A stretch of 64,000 nt of DNA from Proteromonas lacertae (lineage: Eukaryota). Below the pieces are notes generated by a model. That model was not told where the DNA came from. It worked only from the letters and a program-made list of their open reading frames with translations, and made no database searches. Every line of letters begins with the position of its first letter. Positions within the stretch are counted from its first letter, which is position 1. A program made the translations under genes and the position numbers. The stretch is taken from contig NGBS01000879.1 in NCBI GenBank assembly GCA_002245135.1, forward strand, positions 62,001-126,000. Direction: 5' to 3'. This document shows positions 1 through 13,780 of the stretch, in pieces.

Positions 1-90
1 GATAGAGCTCATTTTGAAGGTAATTTATCTAAAGTTTCAGAGGTTGATGAAAATTCTAACATGAATGATAAAGATGACGAAGAAATGTAA
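1..90 (+). CDS. 3' end of an upstream gene (partial)
   Basis: Open frame from base 1 reading DRAHFEGNLSKVSEVDENSNMNDKDDEEM to TAA at 88-90, followed by an AT-rich spacer. Confidence 0.5.
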   Translation, partial: DRAHFEGNLSKVSEVDENSNMNDKDDEEM

Positions 91-188
91 TATAATATAT
101 AATTAATATGTTTTTTTATTCAATTATGTAATTAATACAAAAATATATATTACAATACATAATATAATTGCTATTACAACTGAACATT

Positions 189-1056
189 TTACTTCTTAAT
201 TTCAGGATTTGCATCAAATCCATTCTTTATACCATTTCCAAATTTGTTTTCAAATATAATTTCTTCTGGCTTGAATCTTACAGTTTCAAACATTCTAGCA
301 TCATCAGTTGGATATCCTACGGCAAATACAATTGATGGTTCAAATCCCTCAGGAACTTCTAATAAACTCATTAATTTATCTGCGATAAATCCTTCCATTG
401 CAATTGTTCCTAAACCATATGCTGAGCATAACATTTCAAAAGCACCCATAACTAAACCGCAACTCTTTTCAGCCCAAGCCTATAAATTAGATGTATTTTA
501 TAATACACATGACGGTGAAGCTAATTTATCATGTTTACCTAAGCATACTTCTGGTGGGAACATCTGCTTTACTAAATTGTAATATAAATATCATTAATAC
601 CGGCATTTGTTGCATAATCAATTGAACCTTGTGGAGCTGTTGATCTGTGCATCATATCTTCAAACATTTTAATAGATTGTGTTGGATCTATTGCATAATA
701 TATCAATCAACGTGAATGTACTAATATCAGCAAAGAATGTAACATATGCTTGACAGTTAGTAGTAGCTTTTGCATTTGCTCCTACTAAACATGATCTGAA
801 CTTTTCTCTTTCTTCTGGAGTTCTTGTAACGACAATACGAAAAGGCTGAAAGTTCATTGATGTACACATTCTCTAATAATTTTATTATTTCAATTAAACA
901 ATACTTGTGAATATCCAAGAATTCTTTCAAGAACACCTTCTGGGATTGGCTTATCTTGATATTTTCTACAACTGAATCGGAACATAGCATCTTTTTCAGC
1001 ATATTTAGCAGCTTCAGGCTATAAATTAAAAGAAAAAAACATACGATAGCAGACAT
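189..1056 (-). CDS. Nitroreductase-family flavoprotein (spliced, 4 short introns)
   Basis: Spliced product MSAIPEAAKY..RFSCRKYQDKPIPEGVLERIL..CTSMNFQPFRIVV..CSAYGLGTIAMEGF..VFAVGYP carries the RxSxRxY, SxNxQP and GLGT motifs of nitroreductases. Confidence 0.85.
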
Positions 1057-1147
1057 TTCAAAAGATTATTTTATGGGGTATGAAAATGTTAAAGAATTTT
1101 TAAGAATATTCTTCAAAAAAACACAAACAAATAATAATCAAAGAAAA

Positions 1148-4100
1148 TTATATTTTTTGTTCTTGCTGTACAGTTATTAAAGGAGCTAAAACTATTTCAT
1201 CACCCTTATTGCATTTAATCTTTTTCATTTTGTATAATAAACAAAAAATAGCTAAGCCTATTACAAATAAACATCCACATACAATTCCAATGATCAAACC
1301 AATATTTGATTTTGAATGACAATTATTCACAATATCACCCCATAATGCTGTATTATTTACCCAATTACAATCTCTATACATTATACCAGCACTTTCACAA
1401 TCACAGTAAGCTCTACTTCCTATTTCAGTTTTCTTCCATTCGCCATCTTCTGGACAATACACTGTTACAACTTCAATAGCTATTTCTAAATACGTTGTAT
1501 CATGTCTATCATTTCTAGCAGAAATAACATAGAGAAGTTGCTCATATGTATTATTTGCTCTACCAGAGATCAAGCCAGTTACATTAGAAAAATAAAACTC
1601 TTCAGGCAATTCAGGTTTAATTGAATAACTAGTAATATCACCAAATGATTCAAAAATGAAGGTTGGACTATAATCAACATTCTTATAGAATTGCCATTTA
1701 TAATTGTTTTTAATAATATGTAAAACTGGAGTGGATGGTTTTATTAATGCAAATTTTATAATGAAATTAAGTGAACCGTATATATTATGAATTAAAACAT
1801 TACTATAATGAGTTGATTCATATTGATTAGATGGATGACCATATATTGAAGTATTGTCCTTATTGAATGTTAAACCAATTGGTAATTCTATAATAAAACA
1901 ATAGTATAACAATAATTTATACTTGAAATATATGCATTATAGCTTTCAGATGATGAAACATTAAATATACAATTGAGAAAAACATCTTTTCCATAATACA
2001 AATCCATATTTTGTACAATAGAGATAAGTGAAGGTTGTTTTGATTTTGATATTGTAAAATCAATTGGTATATCTACATAATTCTCTTTACTTTCTATTCT
2101 GAATGTAAATGTATTAGAATATGTATAGTTTTGATAAATAGGAATTCCAAATAAGATTCCTGAAGTTGTGTTGATATTAATTCCTTCAGGTAATTCTAAT
2201 AACAATAATAAAAATATAATTTAAAAATACTGTCAAGTGAAGAGTAATGTAAATCTATACCAATAGCTTTAAACATTTGGAAATTAATTATTTCAACTTG
2301 GTAATAAAATGTAGCTACATGAATTCTCTGTAAAATGATTGGAACAGGAGGTAAATAGGATGTTATTAGAATAGGAAATACTACTCTTCCATTTTCATTT
2401 TGTATTGTGATATAATACTTCTGTATTATGGGGAAAAAAATAATTCCAGATAGAGTTCCAGAAATTGATGAAAATGACATTTTATAATTCAAATCTATAA
2501 ATTAATAATAATTATTATATATACTTGGATAAATTGAATATCTAAGATTCACTCCAAATACTTTCATTATCACCTCATTATCATAATCATATCCACAAGT
2601 CAAATTCACAACACTTTTATATCCTTCAATCACTGGGAATTTTGGCATAATAACTCTAAGCATTATTTGAGCTTCAATATCTCCATTTTTATTTGATCCT
2701 ACAATAGTTATTATCTTGTTTTTACCATAAGTACTTGTTCCTGCAATTGTACCATTTGAAACATCAATTGATAAACCTTTTGGCAAGTTACTGGCAGAGT
2801 ATTTCACATTATATCCATAAAATACCACTGGAATCAAATCATCGTAATGAAAACCTAATTCTATATTTACAACAGTGTTTTGATATAATATTCTTGGCTT
2901 ATCTTCATAACAATAATTCGACACTTCTATCCATTTTGGTTCAATATCATCTGAACAATAGAAAGTAATATTTCCATCACTACTGTTATTCATACATTTT
3001 ACAATAACGGTATGATTCTGTTCAGTTAATGGTAAATCATCAACAGCTTGACAATAACCTTGTACTTCTATTTTATCATTATTTTCATGATTATTATTAT
3101 TATTATTATCACTACTGTAATCTAATAATATTTCCTTCATATATTCTGATTGTAATATCGTATAAGATCCTATTTCTTCTTTATTAATACTAATTGTTAC
3201 TTCATTATTCTTCCATCCTTGGTTATCTGGTGTTGCATCAATTAATCGTAATAAATATTTACCTTGATCAATACATATTTCATCACTATAAATATCAATT
3301 GTTGTATTGACACTTGAATACATATATACTTCCTTTCTTTGTTGGATAGAATATAATGATAATAACATATTCTCTTCATATTCTGTATCTTTTATTATAA
3401 AGTTAAACTCAAAATAGATTCTTCCTTCTTCTTTACATTTTATATACTTTGTATTCTCTGTTACATTTAATAACAAAATCACAGTTTCAGAATATCCTAA
3501 TAAATTATAAGCTCTTGTATGAATATGATAAATATTAATTTCTATTGGAATTCCATACAAATATCCTGTTTTAGTATCAAATTTCATTCCTTTAGGTAGA
3601 TCATCATTAACCTCAAACCCTTTGATATTATTAGAGGCAATAGTTGGTTTTATTAATGTATATTCATTCACAGTTAATACCATAGGTTCATATTCATAAT
3701 ATGGAATGTGTGGATCTATTAATATATAAAGTAATAAAAAATATATATATAATACAAGTATCAATAGTAAAAATAAATGGTTTGAATGATATTACAACAT
3801 CTTGTTCCACTATATCAATTCCATTAACACCAATATAAAGTGTAAATGATTGTGTTGTAGTTATTGACACTTTATATTCCTGTGGAAATAAACACAACAT
3901 CATATCTAATGTGTTTGAATCAAAGAATAATTCTTTAGTAAAAGAATGAGTTGTAGATTGTAATAAAACTGTTGCTTCAATTGGAAGATTCGATGGAATA
4001 ATTCTGAAAAAATGATGGCTTTGAATATCTAGACAACTATTAATAAATGTTATAAGCAGTGACTTTTTGATTATTGAATTAATTCCATAAGCTTTATATT

Positions 4101-6665
4101 TAACACTATTATTCATATAATAACAATAGCAATTAATTATATATACACTACATCATGAGTATATTCACTTCCATGTCCATATATTCGTAATGAATTCTTT
4201 GAAGTTTCATAATTAATCATCTTTGGTAGTTCTTCATATACTTCATAATGATCAATATATTCATCTTTATTTATTATTTCAATATCAAATCTTTCACCAT
4301 ATTTAAATGTTATAATATCATCCTCTATAAATTCAAATGTTCTTCTATTTAAAATCAAAAAATGAGAAGGTAGAATATAATCTATTAAACAATAATAATG
4401 ATGATAACTATACTGGTAATTCCTATACTGATTTTAGTTTGATATGTATATGTAGTATCACTATCAATAGTATAGGTAATTGTATATTCTTTTAAACTCA
4501 TTTCTTTCACTAATGGAATTCCATATATTTCTCCTGATGTTTTATTAATAGATAGTCCTTCAGGTAATTCTGGATTTATACTAAACTGTCTTACTTTACT
4601 GGATGGATATGATATTGGTTTATTAACTTCAATTGACTGATTAAACTGATAATATATGAGAGTTGTATTATATTCTAAAGAATCATATTCTACAAAAAAA
4701 TCAATAATAAATCAAAATATACTATAAAATATTTGTATTGGATAGACTTTATTATCATACGAAATAGAAATAAATAAATATGGGATATTGTAATTATTAA
4801 AATAATTCAATTGCAACTGGTAATAAGTCTTTTCTGTAAATGAACAATATATTGTACTGTTATATTCACCACATATACTTTTCTCATATGAACAATTACT
4901 ACCTATATTCATTTCAATACCATCACTATGGTATATATGAATAGAATAATATCCACTTTTGTTGAAATATAAATATCCCTCTACATACATACCAAATTCA
5001 CTATTAAATTCATCATTTAAACTATTCCATCTATTATCTGAATCATTCTTTATGAAATGAACTAAATCTTTCTCATGTCTTACTATTCTTGTTTTTACAT
5101 TATCCATTTCTGGTGTTAGTTTATTTTCACAATCATTAGTAAAATTTTCACTTTTCAAGTAATAAACAATAAAACCTTGTTTCAATTTCAATATATCTAT
5201 TTACATTATAATTAAAAAAATGAAATACTGGTTATTTCAATCATAATATCCCAAATGTTAGTTTCTGAATAATCATTATAACACATCAAACTGTATTTAG
5301 TATTTTGTTGTACTTTCTTTGGTATTCCAACTATTCTATGATTGATAATTGATAAACCATCAGGTAATGCATTAAGAGATTGACATTCATAATCATTACC
5401 ACTTTGTACAATTAATGGAATAATCATATCAGTGTCAGTTACTAATTTATATTCTTTTTTACTAGTTGTAAGGTTCAAAACAGGAAAAAATCCATTATCA
5501 TCTAGAAAAATAATAATAATAAAATATTATACATGTTTTAACTTTAAATGAAATATTCTCTTTTGAATATGGTAAATTATAATATACATTGATGAAAGGA
5601 TTACTTGTTTTGTTTGAAGAATAAGTTAATACATTTATCTGATAATATCTTGGTTTAAGAATAGTCATTACAGTCTTATTACATACTATTTCACCTTTAC
5701 ATTGTCTATTCAAATCAATCACTAAACTATCATCAATATATAAAGATCCACCATCTAAAACACATAAATAGAAAGTATAATCTCCAATTACACTGAATGT
5801 AGTTTTCCAACTCATATTCATACTATATGCAGAGTGAGTTTCAACACCAATAATATCGGATAGTTGTTGATAAGAATTATAACCTTCAAATTTTTTATAT
5901 CTTTTTTTATTTTCTATCTTTCTTTCAGTTTCTGGAGGTATGTTATTCTCACATTTAAAATCTCTTTTCTCTAAGTATAAAAAACTCAATCCACTAGCTA
6001 ACACATAAGGATTTGCCTTTATTCTTAGATTAACTGTTATAAAACCAAATATATTTGTGGCATTTATTGTTATACTATTAATTAATAGAATTAAAAGAGA
6101 GAGAGATATACTCTATAATACTTCGATCTTCAATTCTGTCTATAGTAAGTTCTCCACTAGTTTTGTTTAATAATATATTTGATGGTAGCTCTTCTGGGTA
6201 AGAAGTGAATGAATCAACAAATGCATCAAGAAATGGAATAAATGTAACAGGTTCAAGTGGAGTTATTTTCAGCAAAGAAAATGGATAAAAAAATACAGTT
6301 GGTATGTCATAGACAGTGATATATAGTGTAAATAAAGTAACATAATGGTTCTTCTTTAGCCCTTTTACTATATACAATGTTTTCTCTTGTTTTATCGTGG
6401 GTATACCATGCATACATGATGAATTGTAGTTAAATGCTATTCCAGACGGTAATTTTGGAGAGATTGAGTAAACTTTACTCTCTTCTGTAAAACAGTTATT
6501 ACTATTAATTATTTTACCAACTTGAAGTAGTTTATTTACTTCAACACTACCTAATTCGGTCATATCTCCACATACTTCACAAACAGTCACTAAAATTGTA
6601 GAAATAATTGATATACTTATTAATAATACTAATATACTAACAAATTTATTTTGAATACAATACAT
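1148..6665 (-). CDS. Large type-I membrane protein with putative-Ig (He_PIG-like) repeats, PA14-like domains and Cys-rich HRM-like modules (spliced, ~10 introns)
   Basis: N-terminal hydrophobic leader; repeated LPxG(L/I)xxxxxTGx(I/L)xGxP units; PA14-like segments (FGMYVEGYLYF..GYYSI..SDG; YTFYL..DGGSLYIDD); CPEDGEWKKT..C..RDC..W..C module; C-terminal TM helix; ORF pieces join via GT-AG introns. Confidence 0.8.
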
Positions 6666-7640
6666 TCCTAATATCAGCTAAAAACACAAATAACTAAAGA
6701 AAAAGTCATTAATCACTAAAGTCTTTATATACTGTAAAGATATTTTCTTAAGCATTTTTTATTTATTAAAACAACATCTTAATAAACAATGTTCTGCAAC
6801 ATTACATTTTTGTCAATGAATGATTATTTTGTTATAATATTATGTAACTTTACATAAATAATATGTATTACAAAAACAATGATTATAAAAGTATAATATA
6901 GAATTGCCTATTTTTTGTAATAAAGTTGAAGATTGTGCTTTTAAAGGTTCTTAATGATAATATAACATAATATTCAATGTTTGTGTTATATAATAATAAT
7001 TAAATAAGTATTTTTATTCATGTATATGTTGTAAGTGGCAATATTTCTCTAATTTCTATGTAAAGATCATGGTGCATAAATAAAAAGTAAAAATATCAAT
7101 ACAACTTACATATACATACAAAAATAATGTTGTAATACATCAAATATAGAAATTGGGTAAAGTTATGAAATGTTCAACATTACATTGGTTATAAATGTGA
7201 AGATGAAACTAATGAAAGTATTAAAATGCCAAATTAAATAAAAATTAAAAAATAATACGTTCTATTTTTTAAATTATTAAACATTCACATTACATAAGTG
7301 TTTACTTAATAAAATGTAATTTTTATCGTTTATACATACACACCGTGATAAAGACTTGAATAAAACTTTAAACATAATGAAAAAGTCTAATGCTAAACTA
7401 TAAAGAATATAAATATCGTCAACAGCATCTCTATATTTTTTAAAATTTAATTAAAATTCATTTGACAAGTTATTAACCACTTTAAAAGTTGATTTTTTAT
7501 GCTGCTTATGGAAACAAATCTCAATCAATAGTTTATACATTATCACAAAGCATTTTACCAAAATTATCAACAGTTTTTAGTTGGAAAAGCGGGTGTACTA
7601 AAATATGGTTTAAATAACTTGAGAATATTGAAACTATTAA

Positions 7641-8363
7641 ATGAAAGATTTAGAAGAAAACTACAAAGACTTATCACCCATTTCATCTGACGATGATTAT
7701 GCCTATCATTTCACTCACTCTATCTACAATATGGAAGATAACGTGTATGATAACAACAATCACAAGCAAGAAGCGTTTGAAAATGAACAAAATAGTGAAA
7801 TATTACCTGCAGATGATGAATGTTCATATAATAGTTCGTATATAGATTCTGAACATAAAAATACAATTCAACCAGATACTCCAGCAGAAAATGAAGGACA
7901 ATCCGATAATACAGAGCTAATGATAGCATCAAATAGTGATGAACTGTTAAAAGGAGAAAACAAAAAAGAAGTTATATTAAATCCTTTATATAATGAAGAT
8001 GCTTGTCCTAAGACATTGCGATTGATTAGAAAATATGGTAAACTACAAAAATGTTATAAATGCAAAAATAATTATGACAAGAATTATTTTTTTATTTATA
8101 GTAAATATAAAAGAATATTTACAGAAGAAGGCAATCAATTCATTTGTTTTTGGTGTTCTTTAAACGTTAAGAATTCCAGAATGTTAAGAGATTGGGAAAT
8201 AGATCCAGTTGATCCAAAAAAATGTTATCGTTGTCGGTGTTACAAATCTGAATGTAGAATAAAGATGCAGAATGGAAAGAAGAATGCATTATGCATTTAC
8301 TGTTCTTTGAAAAAGAAAAGAGTTTATGAATTAAAAAGAAGAATAGAAAATAATAGTATTTAA
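7641..8363 (+). CDS. Cys-rich putative zinc-finger protein with acidic N-terminus and basic C-terminus
   Basis: Intronless 240-aa ORF; CYKC..CFWC and CYRCRC..CIYCSLKKKR; paralog at 17444-18375. Confidence 0.7.
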   Translation: MKDLEENYKDLSPISSDDDYAYHFTHSIYNMEDNVYDNNNHKQEAFENEQNSEILPADDECSYNSSYIDSEHKNTIQPDTPAENEGQSDNTELMIASNSDELLKGENKKEVILNPLYNEDACPKTLRLIRKYGKLQKCYKCKNNYDKNYFFIYSKYKRIFTEEGNQFICFWCSLNVKNSRMLRDWEIDPVDPKKCYRCRCYKSECRIKMQNGKKNALCIYCSLKKKRVYELKRRIENNSI

Positions 8364-8583
8364 TTATTTTAATTTTTTTATACATATTTTCTATTATATG
8401 TTAAAAGAATAGATTACTTAGTTCAATTACTCTTCAACTAGATTTTTTACGATAGTATAATGCTATTACCAAGGAAATATTTTTCTATGCTTATAATTTC
8501 ATTTCATTCATTCAAAAACAAATAATAAAAATAATATAAATGAAAATATCTAATATATAAAAATAAAAACAATCAAATTTATT

Positions 8584-9650
8584 TTAAGCCCAAACCTTTA
8601 AGAATGTATCCCAAGAACCAGTACAGAAAGCATTACCAGTCTTATTCACACCAACACAACTAACACGATTCTCATGACCTTGAAGTTGCCAAACGGATTG
8701 ACTTTTACCACTTAAAGTATCCCAAACATAACAGTTGTAATCATCATAACCAGCGAATAGTAAACGACCTGATTTTGAAACAGCAACTGATGTAATACCA
8801 CATAATATACGATCTGAACCAAATGTGTTAATTTCTGAATAACATCTTGTATCAAACAATCTGCAGGTTGAATCATCAGATCCACTAGAAAATGAAAAAC
8901 CATTGGGTAAGAAAGCAACTTCATTAATATCTGATTCATGTCCAGCAAATGTTTGTACACAATTACCAGTTCTTATATCCCATATTTTAGCTGTAGCATC
9001 ACATGATCCAGAAACAAAGGAGTTTGGATCTTTTGGATTTATAGATATACTCATAACATCACCACCATGATCATTGAAATGTGTCTTTGCATCTCCTGTT
9101 TCTATATCCCAATAAATAATTGTAGAATCACCACTTGCTGTAAGGATATTCTTCTCATCGAAAAATTCACAAGATGATAAATAACCTTCATGTGCTGCTA
9201 GTTCTTTTACTGGTCTTCCAGCTTCTTTCTGTGTTGCATCGTATATTGAACATAAATTATCTAAACCACCACAAGCTACAAATCTACCTGCTGTTTGTTC
9301 GAATGCACAAGTCATAACCCAGGAAGATCTTAAAGGAATAACATTCAGCTTATTGGTTGTATAACCATCCCATACTATAAGTTTACCATCTTGTGATGCA
9401 CTAATAAGTATGTGGTCATCGTTGTGAGTTTCGTATTTGTCAGCCCAGTGGATTGCATAAACTTTAGCCGAAAATGTCCTTTTAAAAGTCTTCGCTGCTT
9501 TGGTTGTTGGACAAATTGTTTCATTGAACCTTCTTTACCACTACTAGCTTCTTCCATACCACCATCCAACTTTTGATCTCTTAAGTCATTTATTTCAGCT
9601 TTAAGATTCTCGGCCTCATCCTTCAGAGCTTTTAATTCATCATCTGCCAT
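8584..9650 (-). CDS. GNB: Heterotrimeric G-protein beta subunit (two extra bases near 9466-9470 break the frame)
   Basis: Coiled-coil N-terminus, LKGHF(G)[51 protein letters not shown]. Confidence 0.95.
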
Positions 9651-9955
9651 ATTTTATATTAGAATGATATTGTAATTAAACTTAAAGAAAAAAACGACAA
9701 TATTATAACGAATAACCAACCGCTTTGTCAAGCAAGTTTGAAGTGTTTTTGAATGAATTAAAGCATTATTCGAATTATAGCATATCGTATATACAAATAT
9801 AACTCAATATGATGCCTGTGTTAATGTAATTCCATATATTGTGCGTGTTATAATACACAAATCAAGTTTTTTTATATTATTCCATGAGATTAGGCTATTT
9901 TTCATTTGTTATTAACCCAAAAATACACAAATAAAAGAATACAATGATTTATAAC

Positions 9956-10939
9956 TCATTTAGAAATTAAGAAATCAAATAAGCTCTGATTCACTTTATT
10001 ATCCAAGTACAATTTACCATAATCTATCATCAAATTATAAATCTGACTGATTGGAAGTTTAGATGCTCTTGATTGAAGAAATCTATTGATAATATCAGGA
10101 ATTTGCTTTTGTTCAAATGGGAAATATATTAAATTCACTTTATTAATAGAGGCAGCTAACCATTGGATTAGCAATTTCACTTCCACATTACCATTAAACA
10201 CACCACAACCCCAATTACCTGTTGCTATTCTATTAAATGGAGTATAATTCGTTAATTTAAAGGCAATCAGTGCCTTATTTAATTCTCTATCAATAAATCC
10301 CTTTTTAAACTGTTGTTTAGGATCATTATAAGAAATTGCATCAAATAATATAAAATTTGATTGTAAAAACCCTTCACCTATTACTCCTCTTGTATCAACA
10401 TATTTCCCATCAAATTGAGTATTTCTTTGACCATATCCTTTTAAATTAACAAATCTTTCACTTCCAACAATTTCTATAGCTTCATTATCATTCATTCTTT
10501 CACATAATAACAATGAAATTAAACTTTCTGGACTTTGTGTTTGGAATTGTTCTTCCTGTACAAATCCACTTGTTAATACTCCACCTCCAGGATATTTATT
10601 AGCGAAGATAGCATGATTTACTTCTAAATTATCAAGCATAGAATTATCTTCAAATTGTATTGAATTCAATAATACTGAACTTAAATCATTCCAATTAATA
10701 TTATTATTGTTGTTGTTGTTTTTCCTAATTATTCTGATATATTTAGCATCTACATTATATTCATTATTCTTTCTCGATAAGAAATATTGTAATAGTGAAG
10801 CTATCTTGTGTTTACCAGCATCAGGTATATATTTAAATGAATTGAAATTTCTTCTATTTTCACTATTTAATGTTCCATATAATAGATGAGCTAATAAACA
10901 TTCAACATGTGTTCGTGGTAAAATAATATAGCCATTCTA

Positions 10940-10970
<31 letters not shown>

Positions 10971-13351
10971 CTTCATTTTCAGATAAACATGGTAAAGGAT
11001 GTTGAAAATAATATGGTAAATAGACAGCTTGTTGTGCAATATACTAAATACTAGAAACATACTATTTATATACTGCAAATAAACCAGAATCAGTTAGCAA
11101 ATCACCTAAAGGAAACATATCTGACTGAATTATATCATGTAACACATTGTAAAAAATAAAATTAAAGAAAATATATAAAATATTAAATAAACAAATAAAA
11201 ATAAAAATGATATAGCAACATATGGATCAAATCTATTAAACACATTTATCACTGATGATTGAGATGAATATGCATCAGATAAAGATGATTTAAATCTACC
11301 CCATTTAACATCATCTAATACCTGTTTTCCTTCATTATCAAATGTGAAAAATCCAAAATCAACATACTGTTTTGGTGGTTTATCTATTTCATAGATTACT
11401 GGTAAATTTGTTGGAGGTATATCATTCAATACTGTATCTTGAAATGAGCACATACATATTTCTTCTTCTTCTTCTTCTTCTATTTCTATATTATGTTGTT
11501 GTTGTTGTTGTTGTTCAATCGGTTGCACAATCGATTGTACTGGATGTGTCGATTGTTGTTCTTTTATTAATTGTGATTCTATATATTCAATCACACCAGG
11601 CATTGTTTTACCCATATTTAACCAATTAATATATTTCATTATTAATTTATATATTTCACCTACTTTCTTATTCATTATTCCACTCACTTGTAGTCTGTTT
11701 ATTAAATCAGGTAATTGTTTCTGTTCAAAAGGACAGTATATTAAATTCACTTTATTAATAGAGGCAGCTAACCATTGGATTAGCAATTTCACTTCCACAT
11801 TACCATTAAATACACCACAACCCCAATTACCTGTTGCTATTCTATTAAATGGAGTATAATTCGTTAATTTAAAGGCAATCAATGCCTTATTTAATTCTCT
11901 ATCAATAAATCCTTTTTTAAACTGTTGTTTAGGATCATTATAGGAAAATGCATCAAATAATATAAAATCACTATTTAATACTTTATCATTCGATATATTT
12001 CTATTATCATTATATCTTCCACTAAAAGTAGAATTATCTCCATAACCACTCAATTTACTAAATAATTCACTTCCAACAATTTCTATAGCTTCATTATCAT
12101 TCATTCTTTCACATAATAACAATGAAATTAAACTTTCTGGACTTTGTGTTTCGAATTGTTCTTCTTGTACAAATCCACTTGTTAATACACCACCTCCAGG
12201 ATATTTATTAGCGAAGATAGCATGGTTTGCATTTGGTATCTCTAATATAGTGGAATCTGTCATATTTAATTGACTTAATGGCTCAGTACTAGATTCCCAA
12301 TTGATTGAATTGATACTTTTATTTGATTTTCTTATGTATAATATATATTTTGCATCAGTATTATAATCATTGTTTTTCATCGCAATAAAATATTGTAATA
12401 ATGATGTGATTTTGTGTATATTGGGGTATTTAGAATAACGAAATGTGGGGAATGATTTGGGTGATTTTGGATATAAATTATACAATAAAAATGACAATAA
12501 ACATTGAACATGTGTTCTTGGTATTTTTATCATTCCTTCTTCATTGTTTGATAAACATGGTAACGGATGTGGAAAATAATATGGGAGATATAGAGCTTGT
12601 TGTGCAATATACTATAAGTTATACTGATTGTTATTATTTTATACATAAAACACTCCATTCTTACCATAAATATCATTTGGTTGAAATACATTTGATTCTA
12701 TTATTTTGTAGATTATATTTTAAAAAAAATTAAAGAAAATAATAATATATAGTATCATAAAAGTATAAAAAAAGATATAGCTATTCCTGGTTGTCCTAAT
12801 CTGTTAAATACATTTACAATTACATTCTTATTAGAATAATTACTACATATTATTTTCTTAAACATTTTCCACTCTTCAACTTTAAACATTCTCTGTTGTT
12901 TATCATCAAATATCATAAATGGCATATCTACATATCTTTTATACTGGAAATTATATGTTATATCTTCAATGTATGGTGGCTTTTCTTCATACTCTAGAAG
13001 TTCTTCGGGTAATTCGATTGGATTTGATGTTGACAATGGAGATGGAGGTGGAGGTTGTGATACAGACTGTTGTTGTAATGTTGGTGGTGGCGTAATGTGT
13101 ATTATTTCATCATCTGCATCATAATCATCTTCTTCCATTACGTTTGTACTATTTTGTTCTGAATTATTTGGATTGGTGACAGGATCTACAGTTATTGATT
13201 GATTAACTGCTTGAATCTTTTGTTCTTCTTTAGATTCTGTATTTGCTGTAAATGTTGGTATATTCGGTTGTGTATGATTTATAGGTCTAAAAAATTGATC
13301 TATTTTTGTGTTATTTGCTGGTGCTGCTTTCTTACCTGGTGTAGAAGGCAT
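9956..13351 (-). CDS. PARG: Poly(ADP-ribose) glycohydrolase-like protein with two tandem PARG catalytic domains (spliced; two U12-like introns)
   Basis: Two copies of FANKYPGGGVLTSGFVQEE (GGG-x-QEE signature), RELNKA and IATGNWGCGVFNG. The frame is continuous only if AT-AA (12720-12778) and AT-AC (11149-11213) introns plus GT-AG introns are removed. Confidence 0.9.
11149..11213 (-). other. U12-type (minor) AT-AC intron, 65 nt
   Basis: 5' ATATCATTTT, branch-like TTCTTTAAT ~13 nt before TTTAC; removal joins ..DPYVA|NVLHDIIQS.. in frame. Confidence 0.8.
12720..12778 (-). other. U12-type (minor) AT-AA intron, 59 nt
   Basis: 5' ATATCTTTTT, branch-like TTCTTTAAT just before TTTTAA; removal joins ..QPGIA|NIIYKIIES.. 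in frame at the position homologous to the AT-AC intron. Confidence 0.75.
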
Positions 13352-13780
13352 TAACAAAAAAATGATAAGAAAGATTTGATAAAGACAAGCCATGTCAAAA
13401 TAGATTTTAATTCTTACATTTTATTTCATATATATAGTTTATATTCAATTAATACTTCCCATATTGTTGTTAGATTAATATACTATTTCAATATAACATT
13501 TTATATAATAGTTGTTAATTCTAACTCATCGTCTAGTTATAATGCATGATTACACCCATAACTATAAAAATTATTCCATCAGCTAATAATTAGTATAAAC
13601 ATAATCAGAGGAACTAATGTGATCTAATTCTTCGATTAATTCACATTAAATAAAAATTCTCATTATGGTATATTATGCAAGACCTAATAATTATTATAAA
13701 TAATATCAGAAAAAACAATAATAATCACAAACAAAAAAACAACATATCAAGCCGAGTTTATTCGTTTTCTTTTTAATTCT

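Noticed and set aside
6666..7640. Long AT-rich intergenic region as ncRNA or transposon
   Set aside because: No terminal repeats, ORF or recognisable structured RNA seen; likely a divergent promoter region
8584..9650. G-beta (and TTLL, PfoR-like, RGS receptor) as pseudogenes
   Set aside because: Sequences are conserved on both sides of the breaks with no other decay, and the breaks follow the synonymous extra-base pattern
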